The position numbers and the translations under genes are program-made. Below, one piece after another: positions 27,105 to 38,570 of a stretch of DNA of 64,000 nucleotides. This DNA is from Clostridia bacterium. Lineage in GTDB: Bacteria; Bacillota; Clostridia; Christensenellales; QALW01. The stretch spans positions 13,115 to 77,114 of the forward strand of contig CAAGID010000037.1 in assembly GCA_900769815.1 (NCBI GenBank), in the 5' to 3' direction. Below the pieces are notes generated by a model that was given only the letters and a program-made list of their open reading frames with translations, was not told the origin of the DNA and did not search any database. How positions within the stretch are numbered: the stretch's first letter is position 1; each line of letters starts with the position of its first letter.

Positions 27105-27746
27105 TTATTTTGTACCGAAAAGTCGGTCACCGGCATCGCCTAAGCCGGGAAGAATATATCCGTTTTCATTAAGGCAACGGTCTAACGTAGATACGAAAAT
27201 ATGTACGTCAGGATGCTCCTCAGCAACCCGTGTTACTCCTTCGGGGGCACCGATAACTGCCATAAACTTAATATCCTTACAACCACGCTTTTTAAGCATT
27301 TTAATGGCGTCACAAGCACTTCCACCGGTAGCAAGCATAGGGTCAACAACTAAAACAAGCTTGTCCTCAATTCCGTCAGGGAGCTTACAGTAGTATTCCT
27401 GAGGTTCTAAGGTTTCTTCGTCACGGTAAAGACCGATATGACCTACTCGGGCAGAGGGGAAAAGCACGTGAATTCCGTTTACCATACCTAAGCCTGCACG
27501 GAGAATAGGAACTATTACTATTGCATTATCCTTAACAACGTGCTGTGTGCAAACTTCAAGGGGAGTTTTAACCTCCTTTTCAACGGTTGGCACGCCTTCT
27601 TTAAGACATTCAAAGGTCATTAAAGTGGTTATTTCTTCAACAAGCTCACGAAATTCTTTCATACTTGTTTTTTCATCTCTTAAAATTGCAATCTTATGAT
27701 TTATAAGGGGATGATTGAATATTGTTACGTTTTCGTAGTTTTTCAT
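27105..27746 (-). CDS. upp: Uracil phosphoribosyltransferase
   Basis: FNHPLINHKIAILRD, VVDPMLATGGS and ILPGLGDAGDRLFGT motifs. Confidence 0.95.
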   Translation of the reverse strand: MKNYENVTIFNHPLINHKIAILRDEKTSMKEFRELVEEITTLMTFECLKEGVPTVEKEVKTPLEVCTQHVVKDNAIVIVPILRAGLGMVNGIHVLFPSARVGHIGLYRDEETLEPQEYYCKLPDGIEDKLVLVVDPMLATGGSACDAIKMLKKRGCKDIKFMAVIGAPEGVTRVAEEHPDVHIFVSTLDRCLNENGYILPGLGDAGDRLFGTK

Positions 27747-27759
27747 TAAAATACCTCGA

Positions 27760-29196
27760 TTATTCTTTGCCTAATTTGCTGTTTTCAACTTTTGTAAGTA
27801 TTGCGTTTGTAATAATACCGATAATAAGTGCGGTAGCAATGGAGGTAACGGTAATAACCTTACTAACTGCACCTGTTTCAAGGAAGGCATAGGGAATCTG
27901 AATTGAAAGACCGCCGATGCCTGAAATGAGAATTGAAGAAACAACAAAGAGGTTTTTGTTATCGCCTAAATCAAGGTCCTTGAACATTTTAAGACCCGAA
28001 ACTGCAATAAAGCCGTAAAGCGTAAGGCAAACACCGCCCATTACGCAGGAGGGAATAGTCTGCAATAAAACCATTATAGGCTTAATAAATGAAAGCACTA
28101 TGCACATAAATGCAGTAGTTGTGATTGTTATAATTGAAGCATTCTTTGTAATTGCAACACAGCCAACGGATTCGCCGTAGGTGGTATTGGGGCAGATGCC
28201 TAAAACTGTACCTGCCATTGAACCAACTCCGTCGCCTAAAAGAGTTCTCTTAAGGCCGGGCTCTTTAATAAGGTCACGGTCAATAATTGATGAAAGATTT
28301 TTATGGTCAGCAATATGCTCGGCAAAAACAACAAGAGCAACAGGAAGGAATGCAATGATAACCTCGATAATTCCGCCTGCATTTAAAAGTGTTGCGTTGG
28401 GGTTAGCTTTTAAAATTTCAGCTGACATTTCGCCTGATACAAGTTCTTTTACACCTTCAATAAGTGCAAAGCGAGGATAATCAAATATTGAAGCAAGACT
28501 GAAATCCTTAAAGTTATCGATGAGCGGCTGGAAGTTAATGACTTTAAGATAATCAATGCCAGCAAAGTTTCCTATAAGTGTAAATATTGTTGCAACAAGA
28601 TAGCCTGCAACGATGCCTAAAATAAAGGGAACAAGGCGAGCCATCTTATACTTCTTCTGGGTTGAACATATAACAATTGTCATAAAAGCAATAAGACCGC
28701 AAAGAAGGGATATAAGGTTATATGAACCAAAAAGCTCTGACGAATTTGATTTTACAATATCACCCATTGCCGAACCTGCAAGGGAAAGACCGATTAAAGC
28801 AACAGTGGGACCAATAATAACGGGAGGCATAAGCTTATTTACCCAATCAGTGCCAACAAAGTGGATAATAAGGGCAATGATAACGTAAACAAGACCTGCA
28901 ATGATTGAACCTAAAATAATACCGCAGTAGCCGTATGCAACCGCAACGCCTAAGGAAGAGAGAAAAGCGAAGGAGCTTCCGAGGAAAACAGGACTTTTGA
29001 ATTTTGTGAACAGCTGGTATACTAAAGTACCAACGCCTGCGCCTAAAATTGCAGCGGGAATCTGTGTGGGTAAGCCAATAATTGTGGGCACGGCTATTGT
29101 TGCTGCAAGAATTGCCAATAACTGCTGAAAAGCAAGCAAGAGCAACTGCCCAAATTTAGGCTTGTCTTCAATGTCGTAAACTAACTTTTTCTCCAT
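27760..29196 (-). CDS. NCS2 family nucleobase (uracil/xanthine) permease
   Basis: Polytopic 478-aa protein immediately upstream of upp in the same operon. Confidence 0.8.
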   Translation of the reverse strand: MEKKLVYDIEDKPKFGQLLLLAFQQLLAILAATIAVPTIIGLPTQIPAAILGAGVGTLVYQLFTKFKSPVFLGSSFAFLSSLGVAVAYGYCGIILGSIIAGLVYVIIALIIHFVGTDWVNKLMPPVIIGPTVALIGLSLAGSAMGDIVKSNSSELFGSYNLISLLCGLIAFMTIVICSTQKKYKMARLVPFILGIVAGYLVATIFTLIGNFAGIDYLKVINFQPLIDNFKDFSLASIFDYPRFALIEGVKELVSGEMSAEILKANPNATLLNAGGIIEVIIAFLPVALVVFAEHIADHKNLSSIIDRDLIKEPGLKRTLLGDGVGSMAGTVLGICPNTTYGESVGCVAITKNASIITITTTAFMCIVLSFIKPIMVLLQTIPSCVMGGVCLTLYGFIAVSGLKMFKDLDLGDNKNLFVVSSILISGIGGLSIQIPYAFLETGAVSKVITVTSIATALIIGIITNAILTKVENSKLGKE

Positions 29197-29353
29197 AAAA
29201 AATCCTCCAAAATAATTTTTGTGAAAAAATTTTCACTCCACCTATTGTACCACATATAAAATTAAATTTCAAGATATAAAAATAATTTTTTGACGAATTT
29301 TGTATTTTTTGTTAAAAAAATACCCTACGGTAAAAACCATAGGGTATAGATAA

Positions 29354-30568
29354 TTAAATTACGTTACCAAGCTCAGAAGCGATAACTGAATCGGCTGCAC
29401 GGCGGATTTCTGCAAGTGACTTGCCATCAAGAATCATCTGATACATATCAAGAATCATTTTGGTAAGTTTATCATCGGCGTCAAGCTTACAGTGTTCACA
29501 AAGAACGTTTTTAGCACATTCTTTAGACTGCTCACAACCGTCAACTTCATTTAAGTAACGGCGAAGACCTGCGGCGGCACCGATTGCTATATATGCAGGA
29601 GTTACTCCCATTTCCATAGCTAATTTTGATGAACCGATAAGGCGGTCATCAGGAGAGAGCTTTCTTACGGGGTCACCGCCTACGCGCTGACAGGTGTCTT
29701 TAAGTGCGGCGTTTGTAAAACGATTCAATAAATCGGTTATATGAAGTAAAATTTCCTCAAGTGCTACACCGTATTTCTTGGAAAGAGCTCTTGCACTTTC
29801 TTCCATTGCACCGCGAACGATAAGGTAAACCTCGTCTTTATCAATTGACTGATAAATGTATTCAAGACCTAAAATATTGCCAAGATATGCGCAGGTTGCG
29901 TGGCCCATATTGTGAACGTAAAGCTTTCTCTTTAAATAGAAATCAAAGGGGGAGAAGGGAACCATATTTTTAATGTTGGGAATTTCTCCTTTGAAAGCAT
30001 CCTTATCAACGGGCAAGAAGCCATAGCTTTCAACACAAACACGAAGGGGGTTACCATCCTTCATATCCTCGGTCTGAACGGGAACCATTCTTCCAATTGA
30101 TGCTTCTACTAAACCGATATTCTGGTCAAACCAATTTTGCTCGTCAGCGTTTAAATGCTCCTTAATCATTTTTTCAAGGACTTTGTTTGCATCCATAAGG
30201 TTTTCGCAAATTATTATATTAAAGGGAGGAAGGTTTCTTTCCTTACGGAGCTTTAAGCCTGCAACGATATTAGGAATTATAAATTTTAAAACGTTAACGC
30301 CAACGGCAGTTGCCATAATATCAACGCTTGCAATAGCTTCTGCAACTGCAGCACCGTCTTTACCGTCTACTGCATTTATGTTTAAAACGTCAATATCGGT
30401 ATGACCGTCGTTAGAAATTATGCGAACGGGATATTTTTTGTTTGTATTTAAGTTTTCAATAACGGAATCAACAACGTCAACAATAGTTACTTCATAACCT
30501 GAAGCGGAAAGAAGCATTCCTATAAAACCGCGGCCGATATTACCGCCACCGTACATTAAAGCCTTCAT
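29354..30568 (-). CDS. Mannitol dehydrogenase family protein (mannitol-1-phosphate 5-dehydrogenase-like)
   Basis: MKALMYGGGNIGRGFIGMLL resembles E. coli MtlD MKALHFGAGNIGRGFIG. Confidence 0.7.
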   Translation of the reverse strand: MKALMYGGGNIGRGFIGMLLSASGYEVTIVDVVDSVIENLNTNKKYPVRIISNDGHTDIDVLNINAVDGKDGAAVAEAIASVDIMATAVGVNVLKFIIPNIVAGLKLRKERNLPPFNIIICENLMDANKVLEKMIKEHLNADEQNWFDQNIGLVEASIGRMVPVQTEDMKDGNPLRVCVESYGFLPVDKDAFKGEIPNIKNMVPFSPFDFYLKRKLYVHNMGHATCAYLGNILGLEYIYQSIDKDEVYLIVRGAMEESARALSKKYGVALEEILLHITDLLNRFTNAALKDTCQRVGGDPVRKLSPDDRLIGSSKLAMEMGVTPAYIAIGAAAGLRRYLNEVDGCEQSKECAKNVLCEHCKLDADDKLTKMILDMYQMILDGKSLAEIRRAADSVIASELGNVI

Positions 30569-30583
30569 TTGAATATCCTCCTT

Positions 30584-31849
30584 TTAGTTTAAGGGCTTTG
30601 CATTAGCAAGTAAGTATTTTTCTGCTTCTCCTGACCAAAGACCGTTATTCTCCTTAACGAGTCTTGCAAGGTGAGCAAATAATTCATCTGTTTCTCCAAG
30701 CTTTTCAAAATCGTCAATAGCCGTTAAGGGCATACTAATCTGATTATAAATAAGCTTTTTACCGCCTTTAATATTGGGTAAGTTAAGAGTAGTATCAACA
30801 ACGCAGTCAAGACCGCCAACATGAGTAACCATTGCGGCAGGATTAATTTTACCGCTGTTCATCATTTCAATAGCTTCACGCATATCATCAGTATTACCAC
30901 CGCTTGTTCCAACGATGTGAGTGTAAGAATAATGAACGTTAAAGAAGTTCAATTCAGCCTTAAACTGACTATTGGTGGGACCTGCAAAGAAGTTAAGGCA
31001 GCCGTCAAAGCCTAAAATAGCATCTGCCTGTTCAACAACAGGTCTAACGGGTGCAAAACAAATAACGTCATCGTAACCTGTACCGCCTGTTAAATCGCGA
31101 AGTGCTTTAACGGGGTCAGGAGTCTTTGCTGTATTTACGTAGTGAAGCTCTATACCAAGCTCTTTTGCGTGCTCAACGGTATATATGCTTTCAGCTCTTT
31201 TAAGGCGGTCGTCATCAATATCGGTTACAACTAAAAGTGAAGGTCTGCGGTCACAGTGAAGTGCATAGTCAATAGCACCTAAGCCCATAGGACCAACGGA
31301 AGCTAAAAGAGCCATTTTACCGCCCTCAACTATGCCCATATCATGAACGTAGCAACCTGCTTTAGTGTGGTACATAGCGTGGAAGGTGCCGATTATACAG
31401 CTCATAGGCTCTGCAAGTGAACCATAGAAATAAACGTCGGAATGATAAGGTAAAAGGCAATCCATTTTAAGAGTTTCAATGGGAATATTGGCGTACTGTG
31501 CATCGCCGCCACCGTAACGGTATGAATAACCAAGTGCCTGCTGTGAGCCTTTGTAGAAATGTGCAGGCTGAACGGCAACACCGTCGCCTACTTTAAATTT
31601 ATGGCTCCAATTTTCGCCTACCTCTACAACTCTGCCACAAAATTCGTGGCCAACAATGGTGGGATTGTCTTTAACGTCGTTAGGTACGCGTTTATGGTCT
31701 TCGCCCTCGATAGATGCTTTATAAGTGCTCATACAAAGAGAGTCTGATACGATTTCAACTCTTACGCCGTCTTTGTCAATTTCGGGAAGCTCAATTTCTT
31801 CTAAACGAAGGTCATTCTTGCCGTGAAGTCTTACTGCTTTAGTTTTCAT
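30584..31849 (-). CDS. Zinc-dependent alcohol/polyol(-phosphate) dehydrogenase family protein
   Basis: GHEFCGRVVEVG zinc-ADH motif. 421 aa. Confidence 0.7.
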   Translation of the reverse strand: MKTKAVRLHGKNDLRLEEIELPEIDKDGVRVEIVSDSLCMSTYKASIEGEDHKRVPNDVKDNPTIVGHEFCGRVVEVGENWSHKFKVGDGVAVQPAHFYKGSQQALGYSYRYGGGDAQYANIPIETLKMDCLLPYHSDVYFYGSLAEPMSCIIGTFHAMYHTKAGCYVHDMGIVEGGKMALLASVGPMGLGAIDYALHCDRRPSLLVVTDIDDDRLKRAESIYTVEHAKELGIELHYVNTAKTPDPVKALRDLTGGTGYDDVICFAPVRPVVEQADAILGFDGCLNFFAGPTNSQFKAELNFFNVHYSYTHIVGTSGGNTDDMREAIEMMNSGKINPAAMVTHVGGLDCVVDTTLNLPNIKGGKKLIYNQISMPLTAIDDFEKLGETDELFAHLARLVKENNGLWSGEAEKYLLANAKPLN

Positions 31850-31863
31850 GCTTATCTACTCCT

Positions 31864-33354
31864 TTATTTTGTTTTTAAAACAACGTCGTGGGCGCCGCCC
31901 TCAACGATACTAACTGAGGAAACGAGAGTCAACTTTGCTTTTTCTTGAAGCTCGGGGATAGTAAGTGCACCGCAGTTACACATAGTGCTTTTAACCTTTG
32001 AAAGAGTCTTTCTTACGTTATCCGAAAGAAGACCTGCATAAGGTACGTAGGAGTCAACTCCCTCTTCAAAGGAAAGCTTACCTGCACCGCCTAAATCGTA
32101 TCTCTGCCAATTTCTTGCACGGTTTGAGCCTTCGCCCCAATATTCCTTCATTAAGGTGCCGTTAACGTTAACCTTTGCTGTGGGACTTTCTTCAAAGCGG
32201 GCAAAATATCTGCCCAGCATTACGAAATCAGCACCCATTGCAAGGGCAAGCGTAATATGATGGTCATGTACGATACCGCCATCTGAGCAAACGGGAACGT
32301 AGATACCTGTTTCTTTATAATATTCGTCTCTTGCCTTGCAAACTTCAATAACTGCAGTTGCCTGACCTCTGCCGATACCCTTTGTTTCACGGGTAATGCA
32401 GATTGAACCACCGCCGATACCAACCTTAATAAAGTCAGCACCACACTCTGCAAGGAAACGGAAGCCTTCGCCGTCAACAACGTTACCGGCACCAACTTTA
32501 ACGGTGTCGCCGTACTTTTCACGGATAAAGTCAATAGCTAACTTCTGCCATTCTGAATAGCCTTCAGAGGAGTCGATACATAAAACGTCAGCACCGGCAT
32601 TAACCAATGCGGGAACACGCTCCTTATAGTCACGGGTATTGATACCTGCGCCTACAATGTAACGCTTCTGAGCATCAAGAATTTCGTTAGGGTTATTTTT
32701 GTGGGTTTCATAGTCCTTGCGGAAAACAAAGTAGCAAAGCTTGCCTTCGTCGTTTACAATGGGAAGAGAGTTTAACTTGTTTTCCCAAATAATATCGTTT
32801 GCTTCTGAAAGTGTTGTACCTTCCTTAGCGGTAATAAGCTTATCTAAAGGAGTCATAAAGCTTTTAACCTTTTCATCCTCCTGCATTCTGCTTACACGGT
32901 AATCTCTGCCCGTAACGATACCAACAAGCTTACCACTTGCAGTACCGTCATCGGTAATTGCAACTGTTGAATGACCTGTTGCCTCTTTAAGCGCAAGTAC
33001 ATCTTTTAAGGTTGCCTCAGGGGAAAGGTTAGAATCGCTCTTTACGAAGCCTGCCTTATAGCCTTTTGCACGGGCTACCATTGCAGCTTCGTCTTCAATG
33101 GACTGTGAACCGTATATAAAGGATACACCGCCTTCACGAGCAAGCGCAACGGCAAGTCTGTCACCTGAAACTGACTGCATTATAGCAGATACCATAGGTA
33201 TATTCATTTCGATAGCAGGCTTTTCGCCCTTCTTAAATCTTACAAGAGGGGTCTTAAGGCTTACGTTCTGAGGAATGCAAGTGCTGTCGGAATATCCGGG
33301 AACAAGCAAGTATTCATTAAAAGTATGTGAGGGTTCATTAAAGAAGGTTGCCAT
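31864..33354 (-). CDS. IMP dehydrogenase family protein
   Basis: [12 protein letters not shown] active-site loop, a CBS-pair insert and a TIM-barrel layout. Confidence 0.75.
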   Translation of the reverse strand: MATFFNEPSHTFNEYLLVPGYSDSTCIPQNVSLKTPLVRFKKGEKPAIEMNIPMVSAIMQSVSGDRLAVALAREGGVSFIYGSQSIEDEAAMVARAKGYKAGFVKSDSNLSPEATLKDVLALKEATGHSTVAITDDGTASGKLVGIVTGRDYRVSRMQEDEKVKSFMTPLDKLITAKEGTTLSEANDIIWENKLNSLPIVNDEGKLCYFVFRKDYETHKNNPNEILDAQKRYIVGAGINTRDYKERVPALVNAGADVLCIDSSEGYSEWQKLAIDFIREKYGDTVKVGAGNVVDGEGFRFLAECGADFIKVGIGGGSICITRETKGIGRGQATAVIEVCKARDEYYKETGIYVPVCSDGGIVHDHHITLALAMGADFVMLGRYFARFEESPTAKVNVNGTLMKEYWGEGSNRARNWQRYDLGGAGKLSFEEGVDSYVPYAGLLSDNVRKTLSKVKSTMCNCGALTIPELQEKAKLTLVSSVSIVEGGAHDVVLKTK

Positions 33355-33441
33355 AAATTTATCTCCTTTTAAAAAATGTATTGTGTTATATGATAAACGC
33401 CTTTAGTAATTTTGTAAAGTAAAAACTAAAGGCATTTTATA

Positions 33442-34683
33442 TTAATTTTCTTTGTATATAGGGAATTTTTTGCAGAGCTCAATAACTTCAGCAGTAACTG
33501 CTTCCTTGCTGCCTTCAAAATCAACTGCAATAAGTTTGAGCCAATGAGCAATTTTCTTCATTTCCTCTTCCTTAAATCCACGGCTTGTAACGGCAGGCGT
33601 ACCAATACGGATACCGCTTGTGATGAAGGGACTCTGGGGATCGGCAGGGATAGCGTTTTTGTTTGCTGTAATATGAACTTCGTCAAGCATTTTTTCGTAT
33701 TCTTTACCTGTTAAATTAAAGTTGCGAAGGTCAATAAGCATAAGATGATTATCAGTACCGTCAGAAACAAGGTTAAAGCCTTCCTCCTTAAGTGCTGAAG
33801 CAAGTGCCTGTGCGTTTTTAGCAATCTGAACCTGATATTCTTTAAATTCGGGTGTAAGTGCTTCGCCCAATGCAACTGCTTTTGCGGCAATAATGTGCAT
33901 AAGAGGACCGCCCTGTGTGCCAGGGAAGATAGCCTTATCAATCTGCTTGGCAAGCTCTTCCACGCAAAGAATCATACCGCCACGGGGACCGCGAAGTGTT
34001 TTGTGGGTTGTTGTTGTAACAACGTGTGCATAAGGAACGGGGCTTTCATGAACACCTGCGGCAACAAGACCTGCGATGTGTGCCATATCAACCATAAAAT
34101 ATGCGTTAACCTTGTCGGCAATTTCACGGAAGCGTTTGAAATCAATTTTTCTTGGGTATGCCGAAGCACCTGCAAGGATAAGCTTGGGTTTGTGTTCAAG
34201 GGCAAGCTTTTCAACTAAATCGTAATCAATGGTCTGTGTCTCTTCGTCAACACCGTAGGGCACGATGTTAAAATATTTACCTGAAATGTTTACAGGAGAG
34301 CCGTGTGAAAGGTGTCCGCCTTCTGCAAGGGACATTGAAAGAACGGTATCGCCGGGGTTTAAAAGTGCAAAGAATACTGCAAGGTTTGCACTAGCACCTG
34401 AATGGGGCTGCACGTTTGCGTGCTCAGCACCGAAAAGCTTTTTTGCACGCTCTCTTGCTATTTCTTCAACCTCGTCAACGTACTGGCATCCGCCGTAATA
34501 ACGCTTTGACGGATAGCCCTCGGCATACTTGTTGGTAAGGGGAGTGCCTGCTGCTAAAAGAACTGCCTTTGAAACAACGTTTTCTGAAGCGATAAGCTCA
34601 ATATTGTGCTGTTGGCGGTTAAATTCTCTTTGGCAAGAAGCAAAAACCTCTGCATCATAATTTTTCAGCTCGTCGTAAAACAT
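33442..34683 (-). CDS. glyA: Serine hydroxymethyltransferase
   Basis: [17 protein letters not shown]-lysine motif. 413 aa. Confidence 0.95.
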   Translation of the reverse strand: MFYDELKNYDAEVFASCQREFNRQQHNIELIASENVVSKAVLLAAGTPLTNKYAEGYPSKRYYGGCQYVDEVEEIARERAKKLFGAEHANVQPHSGASANLAVFFALLNPGDTVLSMSLAEGGHLSHGSPVNISGKYFNIVPYGVDEETQTIDYDLVEKLALEHKPKLILAGASAYPRKIDFKRFREIADKVNAYFMVDMAHIAGLVAAGVHESPVPYAHVVTTTTHKTLRGPRGGMILCVEELAKQIDKAIFPGTQGGPLMHIIAAKAVALGEALTPEFKEYQVQIAKNAQALASALKEEGFNLVSDGTDNHLMLIDLRNFNLTGKEYEKMLDEVHITANKNAIPADPQSPFITSGIRIGTPAVTSRGFKEEEMKKIAHWLKLIAVDFEGSKEAVTAEVIELCKKFPIYKEN

Positions 34684-34769
34684 TTTATGTACCTCACTTT
34701 ATTAAATAAGGATATTATACATATTATAGCATATTTTAGGTACTTTTGGCAACGGAATTTTGATATTGA

Positions 34770-35513
34770 TTATACGTATTTTTCTAAATTAACGTAAAGT
34801 CTGCCTTTTTTAGACGTACCGCCTTTTGAAACAAAAATAAACCTGCCCAATCCACGTACGGATATTATGTCATTTTCCTTAGGCGTGTGGCTGATATTTT
34901 CAATGAGCTTGCCGTTAACAAAGACTTTTTGTGAGGAAAAAATTTCAACAACCTGGCTTCGTGAGAGATTATATATTCCTGCAATGAGGCAGTCAAGTCG
35001 CAGGGAAGATACGGAAATAGAAATACTTTCGGTCTTATATAATTGACCATCAGGAATATCTGTTACAATTTGGGCGTTAATTACCGTATGCTTTACGCGG
35101 GAAAGATTTTCGCAGATGTAATCTGCAATTTTCTCCATTACAAAAATATAGGCGACGTTGTCTTTTACTATTATATCGCCTAAAAGCTTACGCTCAATAC
35201 CTAAATTCATAAGCGCACCTAAAAAGTCACGGTGAGTTAGTTCATCAGCAAATTTTTTCAGTTTTGGCTGTAGTTTAAGTATGGAAATAGGGAAGTCATC
35301 TTCGTATCCAAGCTCATCGGGATTGCCAAAACGGGCGATAACTCGTTCACAGTCTGAGGCCCCGCCAAATAGTGTAAAAGCACAAACTTCACGCTCGATA
35401 CTTTTTAAAGCATTTTGCTCGTCAAGACTTAAAAACTCAGTAAAAGTAAATCTTGAATTTTTATCTGATTTTTCCGAAAGGTCTTTTAACCTGTTTATAA
35501 ATACGTTATCCAT
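34770..35513 (-). CDS. YlmH-like RNA-binding S4 domain protein
   Basis: Length and layout match YlmH. C-terminal S4-like segment RLDCLIAGIYNLSRSQVVEIFSSQKVFVNG. Confidence 0.6.
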   Translation of the reverse strand: MDNVFINRLKDLSEKSDKNSRFTFTEFLSLDEQNALKSIEREVCAFTLFGGASDCERVIARFGNPDELGYEDDFPISILKLQPKLKKFADELTHRDFLGALMNLGIERKLLGDIIVKDNVAYIFVMEKIADYICENLSRVKHTVINAQIVTDIPDGQLYKTESISISVSSLRLDCLIAGIYNLSRSQVVEIFSSQKVFVNGKLIENISHTPKENDIISVRGLGRFIFVSKGGTSKKGRLYVNLEKYV

Positions 35514-35956
35514 TACTTATACACTATGGCTATTTGACAGCCGTTTTCCTCAAAGGTCAAAATATTACAGTTTTCAATATAAATTTCATTGTTCCTTATA
35601 ACGTTCAGTTTCTTTATGCCTTTTAAGCCTTCGCCGGTTAACTTTAAATAGGCTTCCTTAACTGTCCATATCTTAAAAAAATCAGCATCGCATTTTATAA
35701 AAACCTGCTCGTCTTTGGTAAAATAGCGGGTAATAAGACGGGGGTTAAAAGGCTTTATTACTTCAATATCAACGCCTATATCACCATTATGTATGCCTAC
35801 AAGCACGAACTCCCCTGAGTGACTGATGCTTATGGGGAAAACTTCCGTATATGGCTTACCGTTATCCAAATATAAGACAGGGCAGTTTAATTGCTCTTTT
35901 ATAATTTCCTTGGCGCGTTTTGATGGGCAAGGGGATTTTTCAATAAAATACTTCAT
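35513..35956 (-). CDS. 4-prime-phosphopantetheinyl transferase superfamily protein
   Basis: SISHSGEFV...GVDIE...WTVKEAYLKLTGEG motifs. Confidence 0.7.
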   Translation of the reverse strand: MKYFIEKSPCPSKRAKEIIKEQLNCPVLYLDNGKPYTEVFPISISHSGEFVLVGIHNGDIGVDIEVIKPFNPRLITRYFTKDEQVFIKCDADFFKIWTVKEAYLKLTGEGLKGIKKLNVIRNNEIYIENCNILTFEENGCQIAIVYK

Positions 35957-36245
35957 TTAATCACCTGTAAATATAGTACAATATTTGGGCGGAAAAGTCA
36001 ATACGGACAAACATCTTAAAATTTTAATAAAAGAAGGCGTAGAAACTTAAAATAATTAAGGAATTTAAATTTTTATAGTGATAAAATATAGCAGGTAAGT
36101 ATATCAGAGGTGTTTTTATGAAGCAGGCTTGCGTACCGATAATTGAAAAAAGGATATGACCGAGACAATGAAAGCGCTTCGTATATGGGACAAATAATGT
36201 TGATTTTTGCAGTGATGTAATATACAAAGAAAGTGAGGAATTTTT

Positions 36246-37244
36246 ATGATAGCTGCAATTGATTATTCAAGAAAAAAATTAAGAGAGACTATACCGCAGA
36301 TGGCATTTAACGGCGGAGACCTTATTGCCTGGCAGAAGGAGGCAAGGGCAAAGCTGAGAGAACTTATCGGTATGGATAAATATGTTAAGGTTGCACCGGA
36401 ATTTGAGATTGATTTCGATACGGAAATTGAAAATGCCCGTGAAATCCGCTTCACCTTTTTAAGTGAAGAAGGCTACCGCGTACCCTGCCATCTCTTCATT
36501 CCTTTCGGAGTTGAAAAACCCCCTGTTATGATCGGTCTTCAGGGACACTCAAAGGGTATGCACGTATCAATGCGTCGTACAAGATATGAGGGAGAAGAAC
36601 CTTTGCTTGAAGGCGACAGAGATTTTTGCGTACGTGCAATAAAAGAAGGCTATGCAGCCGTTGCTTTGGAACAGAGAAACTTTGGCGAGTGCGGTGGAAG
36701 ACCTGTTGGTCCTGACTGTACTGAATCTGCTCTCGTAGGAATGTTGGCAGGCAGAACAACCGTAGGCGAACGCGTTTGGGACGTTATGTGTCTTATCGAC
36801 GTTCTTGAAAGTGAATTTTCTGAACTTGTTGACGTAAATAATATTTGTTGTATGGGTAACTCAGGCGGAGGTACTGCAACTGCTTATATTGCCGCACTTG
36901 AAGACAGAATTAAGCTTGCTATGCCCTCTGCTGCAATGTGCACTTATAGGGATTCTATCGGTGCAGTGTTCCATTGCCCCTGTAACTACGTACCTCATAT
37001 TGCTGAGTATTTTGATATGGGTGACCTTATGGCGATGGCATATCCCAAATACTTTATTCAGGTTAACGGTAAAGATGACCGTATTTTCCCTCTCTTTGGT
37101 GCAAAAGAAGTTTTCGAAAAAGGCAGACTTGCCTACGAAAGTATGAATGCTGCTGACAGATGCGTTCACGTAATAGGTGACGGCGGACATAGATTCTATG
37201 CAGATGATTCTTGGCCCCACGTTCATAAATTTATGGGAATTTAA
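36246..37244 (+). CDS. Alpha/beta hydrolase (acetyl-esterase/dienelactone-hydrolase-like)
   Basis: GNSGGG nucleophile elbow. Terminator at ~37250-37290. Confidence 0.6.
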   Translation: MIAAIDYSRKKLRETIPQMAFNGGDLIAWQKEARAKLRELIGMDKYVKVAPEFEIDFDTEIENAREIRFTFLSEEGYRVPCHLFIPFGVEKPPVMIGLQGHSKGMHVSMRRTRYEGEEPLLEGDRDFCVRAIKEGYAAVALEQRNFGECGGRPVGPDCTESALVGMLAGRTTVGERVWDVMCLIDVLESEFSELVDVNNICCMGNSGGGTATAYIAALEDRIKLAMPSAAMCTYRDSIGAVFHCPCNYVPHIAEYFDMGDLMAMAYPKYFIQVNGKDDRIFPLFGAKEVFEKGRLAYESMNAADRCVHVIGDGGHRFYADDSWPHVHKFMGI

Positions 37245-37357
37245 TAAAAAGTGAAAGCCATCTTCACAGGTGGCTTTCTTTTTTTGCTACAATCAACAAC
37301 ATACAAAAAGTTTTTCTGCTTTTTTGTGGAATTCAAATTGTTTTTTTGTGGTTTCTG

Positions 37358-37386
37358 TTGACATTGTAATGGAAATGTTGTATTAT
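37358..37386 (+). promoter_or_regulatory. Promoter TTGACA-17-TATTAT
   Basis: ttgaca 37358-37363 and tattat 37381-37386, upstream of the Fe-ADH gene. Confidence 0.55.
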
Positions 37387-37418
37387 ATTAAAAAATACAC
37401 TTGGGAGAGTATAAAAAA

Positions 37419-38564
37419 ATGAAAAAGTTTGAAGTTATGACCGACATATACTTCGGTGAAGCAGCTCTTGAACGTTTAAGCAAACTTGAATACAAAAAAG
37501 CCTTTATATTTGCTGACCCTTTTGTTGTTGAAAGCGGACTTATTCGTCACATTACCCGTCCCCTTGACAGAGGCGATATACAGTATGAGCTTTATACCGA
37601 TATTTGTGCAGATCCTACCACTGAAAAGGTAACTAAAGGTATTGCGGCAATGGTAAAGGCTAATCCGGAGTGTATTATCGCTGTTGGCGGCGGAAGTGCT
37701 ATGGATTTAGCAAAGGCAGTTCGTAAAATTGCTAATCAGATGGATAAAAATATAAATCCTTATCTTATTGCTATTCCTACAACAAGCGGTACGGGCAGTG
37801 AAGTAACTTCATATTCAGTTATAACCGATTCTGAAACCCATTCAAAGATTCCTCTTGCTTCAGCTGATATGACTCCCGATGAAGCAATTCTTGACGAAGT
37901 TTTAGTTAAAAGTGTGCCTGCAGGCGTAACCGCTGATACAGGTATGGACGTTTTAACACATGCTATCGAAGCATACGTAAGTATAAATAATAATGAGTTT
38001 TCAGGTGCTTTGGCAGAAAAATCAATAGAAATCTGCGGTCAGTTCCTCTATCGCTCATATCTTGACAGTAACGATTCCCACGCACGCAGAAAGATGCACA
38101 TTGCTTCCTGCTTAGCAGGTCTTGCATTCAACAGTGCTTCTTTAGGTCTTAACCACGGTATGGCTCATCAGCTTGGTGCAGTTTTCCATATTCCTCATGG
38201 CAGAGCAAACGCAATGCTTCTTCCTTGGATTATTGAGTATAATTCAAATATAGATATTGGCTCACGCAGCCGTCAGGTATATGAGCCTCACGTAAGAAAA
38301 TATTGTAACATTGCAATGAGTTTGGGTCTTCACGGTTCTAATGAAATTATGACCATTCACTCACTTGCAAACTATATGCGTTTTATGTGCGATGAAATGA
38401 AGATACCTATGCATTTAAGCGAAGTTCTTTCAATCTCAAAGGAAGAATACGAAAGCAAAATTCCTGAAATGGCAGATGCTGCTTTGGTTGACGGTTGTAC
38501 CGCAACTAACCCCCGTATTCCTACCAAGGACGAGGTTATCGCAATTTATAAAAAGCTTTGGTAA
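37419..38564 (+). CDS. Iron-containing alcohol dehydrogenase
   Basis: AVGGGSAMDLAKA and GLNHGMAHQLG...HGRANA motifs. Start moved to ATG 37419. Confidence 0.85.
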   Translation: MKKFEVMTDIYFGEAALERLSKLEYKKAFIFADPFVVESGLIRHITRPLDRGDIQYELYTDICADPTTEKVTKGIAAMVKANPECIIAVGGGSAMDLAKAVRKIANQMDKNINPYLIAIPTTSGTGSEVTSYSVITDSETHSKIPLASADMTPDEAILDEVLVKSVPAGVTADTGMDVLTHAIEAYVSINNNEFSGALAEKSIEICGQFLYRSYLDSNDSHARRKMHIASCLAGLAFNSASLGLNHGMAHQLGAVFHIPHGRANAMLLPWIIEYNSNIDIGSRSRQVYEPHVRKYCNIAMSLGLHGSNEIMTIHSLANYMRFMCDEMKIPMHLSEVLSISKEEYESKIPEMADAALVDGCTATNPRIPTKDEVIAIYKKLW

Positions 38565-38570
38565 TAAAAT

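Noticed and set aside
36024-36227. 67-aa minus-strand ORF upstream of the hydrolase gene, and the extension of ORF 38830..39021 beyond ATG 38910
   Set aside because: No RBS or domain. These are AT-rich promoter regions.
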